A stretch of DNA of 64,000 bases from a virus (taxonomy: Duplodnaviria > Caudoviricetes): the IMG/VR virus record IMGVR_UViG_3300024283_000014, positions 1,885 through 65,884 of that record; one strand, given 5' to 3'. Under the pieces are notes generated by a model. The model was not told the DNA's origin, ran no database searches, and saw nothing but the letters and a program-made list of their open reading frames with translations. Shown here piece after piece: positions 1 through 8,997 of the stretch. The position numbers were made by a program, and so were the translations under genes. Within the stretch, counting starts at the first letter, position 1. Each line of letters begins with the position of its first letter.

Positions 1-584
1 CCTTCAGGCTGAGCTTGTTTCTTAACTGCGCGCTTGTTCTTGAGAATCGCCCAAGTGAACCTGAGCTTTGCCTCGCAATAGGCAATCTCTGCAATTAGCA
101 GATTGTCTGCCCTCATGTAAACTAAGCCATCAATGTATGGCCCTTCTTTGCGCTGGCCGAGTATAAAGTTCTCTCTAAGCCTCGCTCGAAGCCTTTCTAA
201 AGCTTCAATATCAGCATCGTGCTGATCTCTACCATACAATCCATCCCAAGGAACTCCCTTTGCCTCAGGATTAAACTTGCTTGGAACAGAATAAAAGCCG
301 CCATCTTTCAATAGCGGCCCTTGCATAATTGCAATTACAGGATATTTGATCCTTGGAAATTCCTTGCCCTCATCCTGCTTCCATGCTTCCCAATAATGCT
401 TATGGTCAGCCTTGTTCCAAGTTACTAAATCTTGATTGCTTGGCCGCCTAACCTTGCTTGGATGTGACCTCATCTCCCGCTTATGCTCAAATGGGAGTTG
501 CTTAACTTGTTTTGCTGGCAGTAGGATTATCATCCTTGCTGCATCTTCAGGTCTTAAACGCCAAAGCGGGAAATCGCCGTCCAT
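1..584 (-). CDS. hypothetical protein, truncated at the window edge (MDGDFPLWRLRPEDAARMII...)
   Basis: Hand translation: open frame from ATG at 584 to the left edge with no stop; GAGGG RBS just upstream. Absent from the ORF track. Confidence 0.75.
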   Translation of the reverse strand, partial: MDGDFPLWRLRPEDAARMIILLPAKQVKQLPFEHKREMRSHPSKVRRPSNQDLVTWNKADHKHYWEAWKQDEGKEFPRIKYPVIAIMQGPLLKDGGFYSVPSKFNPEAKGVPWDGLYGRDQHDADIEALERLRARLRENFILGQRKEGPYIDGLVYMRADNLLIAEIAYCEAKLRFTWAILKNKRAVKKQAQPE

Positions 585-588
585 AATC

Positions 589-608
589 CCTCGCTTAAAA
601 CGGGGTTA
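589..608 (+). repeat. dispersed motif A copy (CCTCGC-N3-RAACGGGGT)
   Basis: cctcgcttaaaacggggtta; its complement supplies the RBS of the 584 ORF. Confidence 0.9.
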
Positions 609-849
609 GTGGTACGTTGATGGTTAACAACCGCGAATTTTTTTGCTGCCGTTTTTGCAGGTTCGCTGCCCGTTTAAAATGCCCTTTGCCGCGCTCCTGC
701 TGGCCTGTGGCGCATCGCCAATTGCCCGGTAGTGGTCAGGTGCCACTTTGCTGCCCGATGCCTCTGGCGACCTAGTAAAATGTTTTTCCTCACACCTACC
801 ACGTAAGTTGTTGAAAATAAAGGGTCGCTAAAAATTCGACACGAATGTC

Positions 850-869
850 TGACCCCGTTTTGTGCGAGG
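850..869 (-). repeat. dispersed motif A copy
   Basis: tgaccccgttttgtgcgagg. Confidence 0.9.
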
Positions 870-1001
870 AATAAAGGCCAATGGTTTCTGAGGCCATTGG
901 CCTAGGCTACGCAAGGGACAATGCATGTATTACCAGTTCGCTTGCGAGTAGCACTAACGGGCACATAGTCACCTACATGCCCGATGCTGCTACCGGGGGA
1001 G

Positions 1002-1457
1002 TTACGCTTTCTTGCCTACCTTGAGGGACATGATCTCAAAGAGTTGCTCTTCGCTCACTTTGAAACCGTTAGCCTCTGCCACGCCCTTGAGCGTAGCATA
1101 CTTGATTGCGCCTTGCACATCTCCCGCAGCGGTCAATCGTGCGCTTTCCGCTGTGAGAACGGCAATATCCGCTGGCCCGACTTTGAACGTGCGATTTTCG
1201 TCCTTGCTGCCTGCCTTGTTGCCATTCGGCTTGCCATCGCTCAACAAGTCGCGGTGTTCCTCGGCATACAGCGTGATCTCATCGGACACTTTCAGCAATC
1301 GTTCCCATTGCTCACGGAACAGAGTTACTGGAAACCTCTGCAATCCGTAGACGCTGATTCCGCCCTTTTCCCCGATGCCGATCATGAGTGTCTCATCGGT
1401 TGCCATAGGTGCGGCCTTCAACCTAGGGACTGACTTAGTTACGTTATTGTCTGCCAT
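1002..1457 (-). CDS. conserved phage hypothetical protein
   Basis: 151 aa; GGISVYGLQRFPVTLFREQWERLL resembles a recurrent uncharacterised phage family; RBS present. Confidence 0.7.
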   Translation of the reverse strand: MADNNVTKSVPRLKAAPMATDETLMIGIGEKGGISVYGLQRFPVTLFREQWERLLKVSDEITLYAEEHRDLLSDGKPNGNKAGSKDENRTFKVGPADIAVLTAESARLTAAGDVQGAIKYATLKGVAEANGFKVSEEQLFEIMSLKVGKKA

Positions 1458-1700
1458 TTCGTTACTTCTCCTTGGCCCTAATTGGGCATCAAACCCCTAA
1501 GCGTAAGTGGCTTGATGCTGAACTAGTCCAAGGTGTTGCTCAAGTTGTCAAATAGCCTGTAAGTCCTTTGCCTGCTATAACTTGCCTCATGCAGTCGCAC
1601 TTGCTAGTGCAAACACCGTGCCATCGCGCTAAGTCCTTTGTTTTCAACGATTGGCCACTAAGTTGCTGATAACAAAGGGTGTAAAAACCTCCGGTAATTG

Positions 1701-1716
1701 TTACACGATCGTGTAA
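1701..1716. promoter_or_regulatory. perfect 16-bp palindrome inside a larger inverted repeat
   Basis: TTACACGATCGTGTAA, flanked by GTGTAAAAA (1679-1687) and TTTTTACAC (1717-1725). Confidence 0.5.
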
Positions 1717-1924
1717 TTTTTACACACCGGGCAGTTTCGCGCGCAAGATCAAGGGTTACCATAGGTTATAGTGGCTGGGACGAGGTTTAAGCTTATCGCT
1801 TTGAGGTGGCCATTAGTTACCACCACCCCCTCGGATTTACAATTTTTAAAATTTTTATAATATCTAATAAATAAATATGGCCTATTTTTATATAGGCCAT
1901 AGAAAATAAACAAAATTACAATAA

Positions 1925-2155
1925 TTACCGAGGATCATTCCAAGGATTGTCATCCGGGGCATTTCCTACTTTTACTTCAATTTGATTTTGAAGGGCTGCG
2001 GCCACATCTCGTTCAGTAGTTCGACGAAATCTTTGGCCTGAATAGTCTTCTTTTGCTTGCGCTTTGAAGATTGCAAAGACATCCGGGTGTTTCATTTTAA
2101 CCCAAGTTCTACAAAGTGTTGCTTCTCGATTACGAATTGATGCTTCTAAAGCCAT
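1925..2155 (-). CDS. hypothetical protein
   Basis: 76 aa, AAGGAG RBS, downstream of promoter motif at 2174-2203. Confidence 0.65.
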   Translation of the reverse strand: MALEASIRNREATLCRTWVKMKHPDVFAIFKAQAKEDYSGQRFRRTTERDVAAALQNQIEVKVGNAPDDNPWNDPR

Positions 2156-2173
2156 AATGAGTCTCCTTACTAG

Positions 2174-2203
2174 TTTAGACCATTAGAATATAGATTTTAT
2201 TAC
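2174..2203 (-). promoter_or_regulatory. putative phage ECF-sigma promoter
   Basis: GTAATAA-N16-GTCTAAA on the - strand. Confidence 0.75.
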
Positions 2204-2337
2204 ATAAAATATTTACATACGTAACGTCTCTTTCTCTACCCCCTATATAACCAAAAAATAGTAGTAGTAAGAGAGAGAGACATTAGAGAGATACTAAACA
2301 TATATACTTACTTAAAACAAATTATTTTCACATTCCT

Positions 2338-2367
2338 GTAATAAAATTCGATTTTCGCTGGTCTAAA
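2338..2367 (+). promoter_or_regulatory. putative phage ECF-sigma promoter (terminase/late operon)
   Basis: GTAATAA-N16-GTCTAAA, ending 19 bp before the TerS ATG. Confidence 0.75.
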
Positions 2368-2386
2368 ATAGTGTAACCTGTGTCCT

Positions 2387-2872
2387 ATGAGCAAAGGCCC
2401 GTGGAAACCCTTATATTGCCCAGCGTGGTTTGTCCAAGCCGCCGAGGTCATGGTACGCACAAATTGCAGTTTGAAGGCAGCCGCCTTGGAGATAGGTCAT
2501 CCACTCGATCCAGATGAGGCAGATAAGGTTTCGAGGCGGCGAGATTTTCAAGAAATACTTCGGGTCGAGAAGAACAAGTTCTATAGTAGCGTAGCAAACG
2601 ATCCCACGAGGACGAAATCAGTCGTAATTGGACAAATGTTTACATTAGCCGATAGGCTGATTACCGATGGGGAGTTCGAGAAGGCAGCCGGAGTTTTAGA
2701 TAAACTTGCTAAACTAGAGGGATGGAATGGAAACGAATCAAACATCAACATATTCAGTGGCCTTACAGCTAGAGACATTGCTGAAGCTAAAGAAAGACTC
2801 GCAAACTTTGGCAAACAGTCTAAACGCGATAATCTCGGAACTGATCTTCCAAAACAAACTTTGGCCAACTGA
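2387..2872 (+). CDS. terS: putative terminase small subunit
   Basis: 161 aa helical protein with an N-terminal HTH-like segment, directly upstream of TerL. Confidence 0.6.
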   Translation: MSKGPWKPLYCPAWFVQAAEVMVRTNCSLKAAALEIGHPLDPDEADKVSRRRDFQEILRVEKNKFYSSVANDPTRTKSVVIGQMFTLADRLITDGEFEKAAGVLDKLAKLEGWNGNESNINIFSGLTARDIAEAKERLANFGKQSKRDNLGTDLPKQTLAN

Positions 2873-2943
2873 AGGCGAAGCACAGTTGCAAGAGCTGGAA
2901 AACTACATTACAGCCGAAGATATCCTAAGCGGGAAAGTTGTTA

Positions 2944-4461
2944 ATGGCTAAATCCGATTTTGCTCTTGAACAATTGAAGCGATTTGATAGTTCAGAGCAA
3001 TTGGCTATCCTTGAAGCTCTTGAAGACAAACGTCGCAAAGAGAACTTCATTAAGTATTGGGAACCGCAGGAACAGCAAAAACCTCACTTCAAAGAATTCA
3101 CCAATGATATTAAGATTTTTGGTATCCTTGGTGGAAACCGCAGTGGCAAGACGGAAGAGGGAGTGTTTATAGATGTCGTTTGGGCACTCGGGAAAAAGTA
3201 CTTTGAAGGTGAACCAGTCTACGAATACATCAAAGACCTTCCAATACCAGACCCCCCAAACAATATCTGGATTGTGGGCCTTGACTATTCTCTACTCAAA
3301 AACGTTATTTGGAACGAAAAACTACGCCAAGGACGAAATCACCCCGCCTTTCTCCCCAAAGACCCTGAAGTTATTAAGAAAGTTGTCGATGGGGAATTTC
3401 AGGTGTATTTCTCCAACGGCTCGATTATTACTGGAAAATCAGCAGACGCCGGAAGAGACAAATTCCAAGGCGCCAGTATAGACCTAGTACACATTGATGA
3501 GGAATGTGAAGCAGATGTCTTCGATGAATGCTATCAAAGAACGGCTGATTGCGCAGGAAAGATTCTTTTAACCTTAACACCACTTGCAGACATTGCCTCT
3601 GGAGTTAAGACCCCGTGGGTCTTCAACCTCTATGAGGATATGGTTGCGGGGCAAAAAGACATAAAGTTTGTAAAACTAAATGTTTTGCACAACCCCTATG
3701 TCCCAGAAGTAGAAAAAAGCAAGCTTCTGGATAAATGGGCTGGAAACTTTGAAGAAGCAGCTAGACTCTACGGGGACTTCATACAACGATCAGGACTGGT
3801 ATATCCGCTCTGGAAGCGAGATTTACACCTTATCGACCCTATTAAAATCCCTCGTGAATGGCGTAGGATCGTCTCTATCGACCCCGCTGCTACTGGCACG
3901 ACAGCCGCTATCTGGGCCGCAGTTGAACCCGGAAGCAATAATCTATATCTCTACAGGGAATATTATAACTCTAATGCCATCGTCAGCGATCACGCTAAAA
4001 ACCTCCTTGCATTAAATGGAAGTGATCCAATAGACAATTGGCTACTTGATCCAAAGTGGGCGCAACAACGAAATGCTGAAACACATAAGACAGGGCTACA
4101 ACTTTACAGGGACAACAATATCCCCGTCCGGCCAGCGAACGTTAATTATGAGGATTACGGACTTAATGCTAGCAGGGAGTATATCGCTGCTAATCTTGAT
4201 AAGTCCTCCCGCCACCCGAAAGTTTTCGTGTTTCGTGATCTCAAGAATTTTACCTTCGAGATCGAACACTACGTATGGGACTTTTTTCAACGAGGAGATC
4301 AAAAGGGATTATCAAAGGATAAACCACTCAAACGTAACGACCATTTGATGAATGCCTTCCAGTATCTTTGTTGCATGCAACCCCGAGGCCGCAAATCAGG
4401 AGCCTACATAAGAGATGAAGAAAGTACAAAAAGATATGCAAATCTCAATTCCTACACATAA
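2944..4461 (+). CDS. terL: terminase large subunit
   Basis: Walker A GGNRSGKT, Walker B VHIDEE, RNase H-like IVSIDPA and C-terminal DHLMNA; ATG at 2944 preferred over 2938. Confidence 0.95.
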   Translation: MAKSDFALEQLKRFDSSEQLAILEALEDKRRKENFIKYWEPQEQQKPHFKEFTNDIKIFGILGGNRSGKTEEGVFIDVVWALGKKYFEGEPVYEYIKDLPIPDPPNNIWIVGLDYSLLKNVIWNEKLRQGRNHPAFLPKDPEVIKKVVDGEFQVYFSNGSIITGKSADAGRDKFQGASIDLVHIDEECEADVFDECYQRTADCAGKILLTLTPLADIASGVKTPWVFNLYEDMVAGQKDIKFVKLNVLHNPYVPEVEKSKLLDKWAGNFEEAARLYGDFIQRSGLVYPLWKRDLHLIDPIKIPREWRRIVSIDPAATGTTAAIWAAVEPGSNNLYLYREYYNSNAIVSDHAKNLLALNGSDPIDNWLLDPKWAQQRNAETHKTGLQLYRDNNIPVRPANVNYEDYGLNASREYIAANLDKSSRHPKVFVFRDLKNFTFEIEHYVWDFFQRGDQKGLSKDKPLKRNDHLMNAFQYLCCMQPRGRKSGAYIRDEESTKRYANLNSYT

Positions 4462-4618
4462 TCCTAGTGTTTGTCCTAATTGCGGGCATTGCCCGACTTG
4501 TGGACGACAAGATGCTTTGCCATACAATCCTTGGCGGAATCAACCGTATTGGGTTTATCAACCTACTTATACAGTAGGCGATTTCCCTAACAACAATACA
4601 TACGAAGTTAATTGTTAA
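4415..4618 (+). CDS. small Cys-rich protein (CPNCGHCPTCG)
   Basis: 67 aa with paired CxxC; overlaps the terL end. Confidence 0.55.
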   Translation: MKKVQKDMQISIPTHNPSVCPNCGHCPTCGRQDALPYNPWRNQPYWVYQPTYTVGDFPNNNTYEVNC

Positions 4619-4621
4619 TAT

Positions 4622-4641
4622 CCTCGCAAAGAACGGGGTCA
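4622..4641 (+). repeat. dispersed motif A copy
   Basis: cctcgcaaagaacggggtca, 3 bp after a stop codon. Confidence 0.9.
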
Positions 4642-4658
4642 ACACTCCAGGAGATAAC

Positions 4659-4778
4659 ATGCATTTTCTAGTGGCATTTGGATTAGGTTTCGCAGTAGGT
4701 GGGTCAGCAGTAGGTTATTTTTCATATAACTATGGCAAGAAGGCAGCCGCCGCTTTTGCTGCTCTAAAGAAAGCCTAA
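4659..4778 (+). CDS. 39-aa single-pass membrane protein
   Basis: MHFLVAFGLGFAVGGSAVGYFSYNYGKKAAAAFAALKKA; GGAG RBS; below the track cutoff. Confidence 0.6.
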   Translation: MHFLVAFGLGFAVGGSAVGYFSYNYGKKAAAAFAALKKA

Positions 4779-4957
4779 TGCGCGCTCAAGAAATTCTTAA
4801 CCGAGGAATTCAGAAAACCGAATACAAGGACAAGACTTTCTCTAAAACAGGGAAACCAGATTTTCAACCGGAAGAACCGGAAATTTTAACAATGAACCCG
4901 AAAGGGCCATATTCGAGGCCACGTACGAAAGCCTCCACCAATAATTCGTACACATAG
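4778..4957 (+). CDS. 59-aa hypothetical protein
   Basis: TAATG coupling to the upstream gene; hand translation MRAQEILNRG...NNSYT. Confidence 0.55.
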   Translation: MRAQEILNRGIQKTEYKDKTFSKTGKPDFQPEEPEILTMNPKGPYSRPRTKASTNNSYT

Positions 4958-4980
4958 CAAAAACTGAAAGGACAATATAA

Positions 4981-5358
4981 ATGGCTAATACAGTAAACGC
5001 TACGTGGGCAACTAGTGGCCCCGCATTTACAAATCAGGTTGTAGCTTTCGGAGGCAGAGACGCCGCCGAACTCGCTTATCATGGTGTAGCTAGCTTCACT
5101 GGTGATAACGCAACTGCTACTGTTACTTTGAATTGGATTGATGGAACTCAGACTCCCTTCTTCACACAGGGCAATCCTCCGACTGCTGTTGCTCCGTTTG
5201 CAGTGTTTGTTGGCCCGACCAACACCGCTGCTGCTAACGCAGTAGTTGTGCAGAATGTCAGTTCTATTTCATCCACAGGTTGTGTACTAACTCTTAGTGC
5301 AAATGCCCCTGCAGTTGCTATTAAGATTCCATTCATTGTATTCGCATACGCTTCTTAA
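4981..5358 (+). CDS. beta-rich protein, possible virion decoration protein
   Basis: 125 aa, A/T/V-rich; AGGA RBS. Confidence 0.6.
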   Translation: MANTVNATWATSGPAFTNQVVAFGGRDAAELAYHGVASFTGDNATATVTLNWIDGTQTPFFTQGNPPTAVAPFAVFVGPTNTAAANAVVVQNVSSISSTGCVLTLSANAPAVAIKIPFIVFAYAS

Positions 5359-5603
5359 TGGCGAATATGACTAATACCGGAAACGGAGGCTTAAAACCCC
5401 TCCGTTTCGGAAACATAAGGGGGCTTATGGATATGCATTGCCAAGGCCAACATGAAATTTATGTGGCCGAAGTTCTATATGTAGAGGCAGAGGGCAAACT
5501 AGTAGTAGTTACAGTTTGTCGTCATTGTGACAATGTTCGTTTTCATGAACGCCAAGTTGCACAAGCACATCATAGCGGTGAACTCCTAAAACAAGGAAAA
5601 TAA
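5358..5603 (+). CDS. small His/Cys-containing protein
   Basis: HC...CRHC pattern; TAATG coupling. Confidence 0.65.
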   Translation: MANMTNTGNGGLKPLRFGNIRGLMDMHCQGQHEIYVAEVLYVEAEGKLVVVTVCRHCDNVRFHERQVAQAHHSGELLKQGK

Positions 5604-5604
5604 A

Positions 5605-6126
5605 ATGAGTTATAATGTTAGAGATGATTCAGGGCTTTTTGGCCCGTTAGCTGGTGTAGAACTTCCCAATGGTGCAGGCTCACCAACAATTGTTGCACAT
5701 CAGGTGATTGAACCTGTTAGTTTAGTAGGTGATGCGGCTACTATCATTGCCAGTCACTTTTATACGTTAATGATTTCTCCTCCAAGTGCATCTGCTGCTA
5801 CTGGTATTCTTCCACTAGGAGGCAATTACAAAGTTCTAGGTGTTAGTATTTGGTACCACACAGCAGCTGCTGGTGCAGCTACTCTAGCATTAGAAATTTG
5901 TCCTGCAGGAACTGCTGATGGGTCAGGTAATAACGTATTGAGTGCGGCTAGTTTTGCATTGAATACTGTATTGACTGCTAATACTCCTTCTGCATTAGCT
6001 TTGAATTCCAATGTGAATAACCTGATTATCCCCCCGAATGGTAGAATTAATGCTGTTTTGGGCGCTACCGCAACAACTGGTCTAGTTGATCTTTGTCTCC
6101 AAGTTTACGTCGCAAGGATTTCCTAA
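5605..6126 (+). CDS. beta-rich protein, possible capsid cement/decoration protein
   Basis: 173 aa with amphipathic strand pattern. Confidence 0.6.
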   Translation: MSYNVRDDSGLFGPLAGVELPNGAGSPTIVAHQVIEPVSLVGDAATIIASHFYTLMISPPSASAATGILPLGGNYKVLGVSIWYHTAAAGAATLALEICPAGTADGSGNNVLSAASFALNTVLTANTPSALALNSNVNNLIIPPNGRINAVLGATATTGLVDLCLQVYVARIS

Positions 6127-6521
6127 TGGCAAATAGATTTCCTCTTCAAGCCGGAGATGTTGCGCCGGATTATTCCGACAATCGATTTGATTCAGGAGCT
6201 GATCGACGTGCTCCTGAAGTAGGAGTTGCTCAGTCTAATCCTCAATATTCTCAAGGCGAAAACATGACTCCTGACCAAGATCGACCAGAAGGTCGGCTTT
6301 GGAAAGTCGGTCAAGCAGAACCAGAAAGCCGTCATTCAGCTCCTTTTCCAGTTATTATGATGGATGGAGATAATAATGGTTATCCTGCTGAAGTACATGA
6401 AATAGATATTTATAGTTATGGTGATGCTTACGATCCTACTGCTCCAATGCGAGTTCGATCAGTAGCTCCTCCTGAGAATCATTGGGAGTTGGATTCTGAT
6501 CGAGATGGGCATAGAAACTAA
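6126..6521 (+). CDS. acidic, probably disordered protein
   Basis: Start at TAATG 6126 (MANRFPLQ) preferred over 6093; D/E/P-rich. Confidence 0.7.
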   Translation: MANRFPLQAGDVAPDYSDNRFDSGADRRAPEVGVAQSNPQYSQGENMTPDQDRPEGRLWKVGQAEPESRHSAPFPVIMMDGDNNGYPAEVHEIDIYSYGDAYDPTAPMRVRSVAPPENHWELDSDRDGHRN

Positions 6522-6772
6522 TGCCTGAGAATATTGCAATCACGGCGGCTAAAAACATTGGAAGCAATGTCAAAGCTTCAGTACAAGATTGGACAACTAG
6601 TACTCTTGATACTGATCCTCCAACTATTCCAGTCGTAGGCCAAGAACATGCAATGCAGACTGCTGCTAGTCATAATGATATGCCAACTATTCAAAGTATG
6701 CTTGGTATGACTAGATACAAACCAGCAGTCGGCAGAGCCGATAAACACGAGTCTAATATCTCGAATCAATGA
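6521..6772 (+). CDS. mini-protein with RYxPxxGxAD[KR] motif
   Basis: RYKPAVGRADKHESN; coupled start/stop. Confidence 0.7.
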   Translation: MPENIAITAAKNIGSNVKASVQDWTTSTLDTDPPTIPVVGQEHAMQTAASHNDMPTIQSMLGMTRYKPAVGRADKHESNISNQ

Positions 6773-7026
6773 CTCACAAGCGTTATATACCTGAAACAGG
6801 ACGAGCCGATAAGCACGCATCTAATACAGGAGCACCTGTAGATTTTAGTGGGCCTGTTATTGCTAATCCTATGGGATTGCAACCGAAATTAGATACTGCT
6901 TCCGAAGAATCGACTGTATTAGGTAATGGCGCGAAATTGTCGCACGAAAATTTCAGTGGGCCTTTGAAAGGTACAGTAGGTAATGCCAAACAAATGTTTC
7001 CTGATCGTATTCTGAGAGAACAATAA
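6769..7026 (+). CDS. mini-protein with RYxPxxGxAD[KR] motif
   Basis: RYIPETGRADKHASN; ATGA coupling. Confidence 0.7.
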   Translation: MTHKRYIPETGRADKHASNTGAPVDFSGPVIANPMGLQPKLDTASEESTVLGNGAKLSHENFSGPLKGTVGNAKQMFPDRILREQ

Positions 7027-7241
7027 TGGAAATTCCTTTTAATTTTACAAGTGAACTTGCTGAACCAATCGGAGAAGAAACGCCTCATATTGGTCAACCA
7101 CCTGCTGCTGAAGATTCTGAAGAGTATCTTTGTGGAAATGCAGGCAATGCTCATCCTTATGCGAATCCCGGACGAGATCAGGATCGCAACAGGGCAGATG
7201 AATGTTCTCCGGCTCAGCCTTTCGCAAGGTACGTAAGTTAA
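7026..7241 (+). CDS. acidic mini-protein
   Basis: 71 aa; TAATG coupling. Confidence 0.65.
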   Translation: MEIPFNFTSELAEPIGEETPHIGQPPAAEDSEEYLCGNAGNAHPYANPGRDQDRNRADECSPAQPFARYVS

Positions 7242-7478
7242 ATGTACACAGGTTTGACTCATCCGAACTACGATGAAATGGGAATGGAATCTGGTATTCC
7301 TCAAGGAAGTGGCGGAATTCAAGGTTATGGGAATTCTGGCCCTACTTCTGGTGCTGGTTTAGTTACCACAAGTTCCCAAGTTGGGAATCAGGATTCGGCA
7401 AAAGCCGATATCGGATATTCTCGTTATACACCTAAAGCAGGTTTTGCAGATCGACTTGCTGCCAATGTCCCTTTTTAG
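7242..7478 (+). CDS. Gly/Ser-rich mini-protein with RYxPxxGxAD[KR] motif
   Basis: RYTPKAGFADR. Confidence 0.65.
   Translation: MYTGLTHPNYDEMGMESGIPQGSGGIQGYGNSGPTSGAGLVTTSSQVGNQDSAKADIGYSRYTPKAGFADRLAANVPF
7372..7388. repeat. palindrome B copy (GTTCCCAA-N-TTGGGAAC)
   Basis: gttcccaagttgggaat, 1 mismatch. Confidence 0.7.
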
Positions 7479-7481
7479 TTT

Positions 7482-7691
7482 ATGTGCTATCCTATTGGTA
7501 TTAACTGGATTGGACTTAAAAATAAGTTCGATGCGCTGGAAGAAAGGCGCGAAGGACTTGAATCCAATAGTGGAACATTTTCGGAAGCAGAGTATAACCC
7601 TTGGCCTCTTGACGCTTGCTGCAACAAACCTATTGGTAATCGCGGCTGCTATGTTTTACCAACCATTTCTTTGGATGCTGTTGGGAAGTAA
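7482..7691 (+). CDS. Cys-containing mini-protein
   Basis: 69 aa, abuts both neighbours. Confidence 0.55.
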   Translation: MCYPIGINWIGLKNKFDALEERREGLESNSGTFSEAEYNPWPLDACCNKPIGNRGCYVLPTISLDAVGK

Positions 7692-7726
7692 ATTAACCCT
7701 TGCATCTATTCAATTAAGGAGTCTTT

Positions 7727-7975
7727 ATGTCTAACCTAAGTACCAACCCAAATTTTGCTAATCATAAAACTAGTGGCACTGATACTAGTATTGCTTGCAG
7801 TGTAACAGGAGGCGGTTCTTCTTATTTCGGTTCTCTCGCCCCTGTAGTCACAGCCAATAGTCATCCTGTTGCAACTCGCGCAGATGGCGCTTTGTGGGAT
7901 ACAACCTCCAGTGCCTATGTATCAATTCAAAATACCAGTGTAGGTACTACAACCTGCCCTAAAAACGGCCAGTAA
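7727..7975 (+). CDS. mini-protein with DGxxWDTT motif
   Basis: ANSHPVATRADGALWDTTS; AAGGAG RBS. Confidence 0.75.
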   Translation: MSNLSTNPNFANHKTSGTDTSIACSVTGGGSSYFGSLAPVVTANSHPVATRADGALWDTTSSAYVSIQNTSVGTTTCPKNGQ

Positions 7976-7989
7976 AGGAAAATTAACTT

Positions 7990-8253
7990 ATGGCAAACAG
8001 TGTTCGCCCCGCTCTTACAAATGTTTCAATGTCTAGCTTCGCTCAAAGTGGCGCAGCTACCTCAGGCAATTCCAATCAAGAAATGGTTGGGCTAGTAAAC
8101 AAAGCTGTAACTGTTCAAGGCCCATATAGTGCTAATCAGTCTAGCGCTGCTACAAGTGATGTACTTGGTGTGTGGGCTGATTATGGCGTTTATGATTACA
8201 CAATTTCAGCTCCTGTAGACGGTAATTCTACTAATTTTAAGGACTCAGCCTAA
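7990..8253 (+). CDS. Ser/Ala/Asn-rich mini-protein
   Basis: 87 aa; AAGGA RBS. Confidence 0.7.
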   Translation: MANSVRPALTNVSMSSFAQSGAATSGNSNQEMVGLVNKAVTVQGPYSANQSSAATSDVLGVWADYGVYDYTISAPVDGNSTNFKDSA

Positions 8254-8534
8254 TGAGTAACCGAGCTAATAGCACAGACACACAAGGAACAACTCAGACG
8301 CAAGCCGGGAACGTAACCCCGGCTGCGACTTGGGTCACAACGTTTCCTCGTCCTGCTGGCCAGACTATTCTAGTAAATCGACTTAATGGAGCTATGACCG
8401 CAGCAGGAGCTACTGTTGGTGACAACGTTGAACGAGACTCTGATGGTGGATTTTGGGATACGACTGTAGGTATTAATGTACCTCCTGATTTTACGGGTTA
8501 TGCTCAACCCGGAAATGATATGGTTAGTAACTAA
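8253..8534 (+). CDS. mini-protein with DGxxWDTT motif
   Basis: NVERDSDGGFWDTTVG. Confidence 0.75.
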   Translation: MSNRANSTDTQGTTQTQAGNVTPAATWVTTFPRPAGQTILVNRLNGAMTAAGATVGDNVERDSDGGFWDTTVGINVPPDFTGYAQPGNDMVSN

Positions 8535-8735
8535 ATGATCGGGGTCGGTAAATCGCATTATGCAACACCCAAAGACGGCCCCTTCAAATGTGCTAACTGT
8601 GAATACTTTAAAAATCCAACGTTTTGCGGAAATAGAGTAGTAGTAGATGATGCAGCCCGAGGTACACTTGCCATGAAAGGCGGTTTGGCAATAATCCAAC
8701 CCGAGGGTTGTTGTAATGAATACGAGCCAAAATAA
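8535..8735 (+). CDS. Cys-rich mini-protein (possible Fe-S or Zn binding)
   Basis: CANCEYF...C...GCC pattern reminiscent of HiPIP-like ligand spacing. Confidence 0.6.
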   Translation: MIGVGKSHYATPKDGPFKCANCEYFKNPTFCGNRVVVDDAARGTLAMKGGLAIIQPEGCCNEYEPK

Positions 8736-8995
8736 TGTCAAACAGATTTAATGAAACTAATAATGGCGGCATTTTAACCATCTCTGGTGGTAATATGCCA
8801 GCTGATAACTATACAAATCAATATAAACCTACCAGTCGCGCCGCTGGCCAAGGTGGAGCTGGGGCGGCTGCTGCAATCGTTGTGATCGCTAACAGCCATC
8901 CTGTAGAAGTCGCAGGTGATGGAGGTCTTTGGGACACTACTTCAGGTGTTGCTGTCCAAGACTTTCAAACCAATATCTTATGTATTGGTACTTAA
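8735..8995 (+). CDS. mini-protein with DGxxWDTT motif
   Basis: ANSHPVEVAGDGGLWDTTSG. Confidence 0.75.
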   Translation: MSNRFNETNNGGILTISGGNMPADNYTNQYKPTSRAAGQGGAGAAAAIVVIANSHPVEVAGDGGLWDTTSGVAVQDFQTNILCIGT

Positions 8996-8997
8996 GT

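Noticed and set aside
984-1433. + strand ORFs 984-1433 and 1012-1350
   Set aside because: Antisense shadows of the better-supported - strand gene 1002-1457; no RBS or recognisable motifs.
2727-2951. Protein-like +1 frame overlapping the terS end (possible frameshift extension of TerS)
   Set aside because: No clear slippery sequence or own RBS; cannot be supported without ribosome profiling.
4444-4957. TerL and the 4778 ORF both end in NSYT with similar DNA (aattcctacacataa / aattcgtacacatag)
   Set aside because: Only about 15 bp and two instances; could be chance.
6783-8741. Longer - strand ORFs (6783-7322, 8370-8741) and + ORF 7381-7734 across the mini-gene array
   Set aside because: They overlap a coupled chain of + strand genes that have RBSs and shared motifs; their composition looks like off-frame translation.
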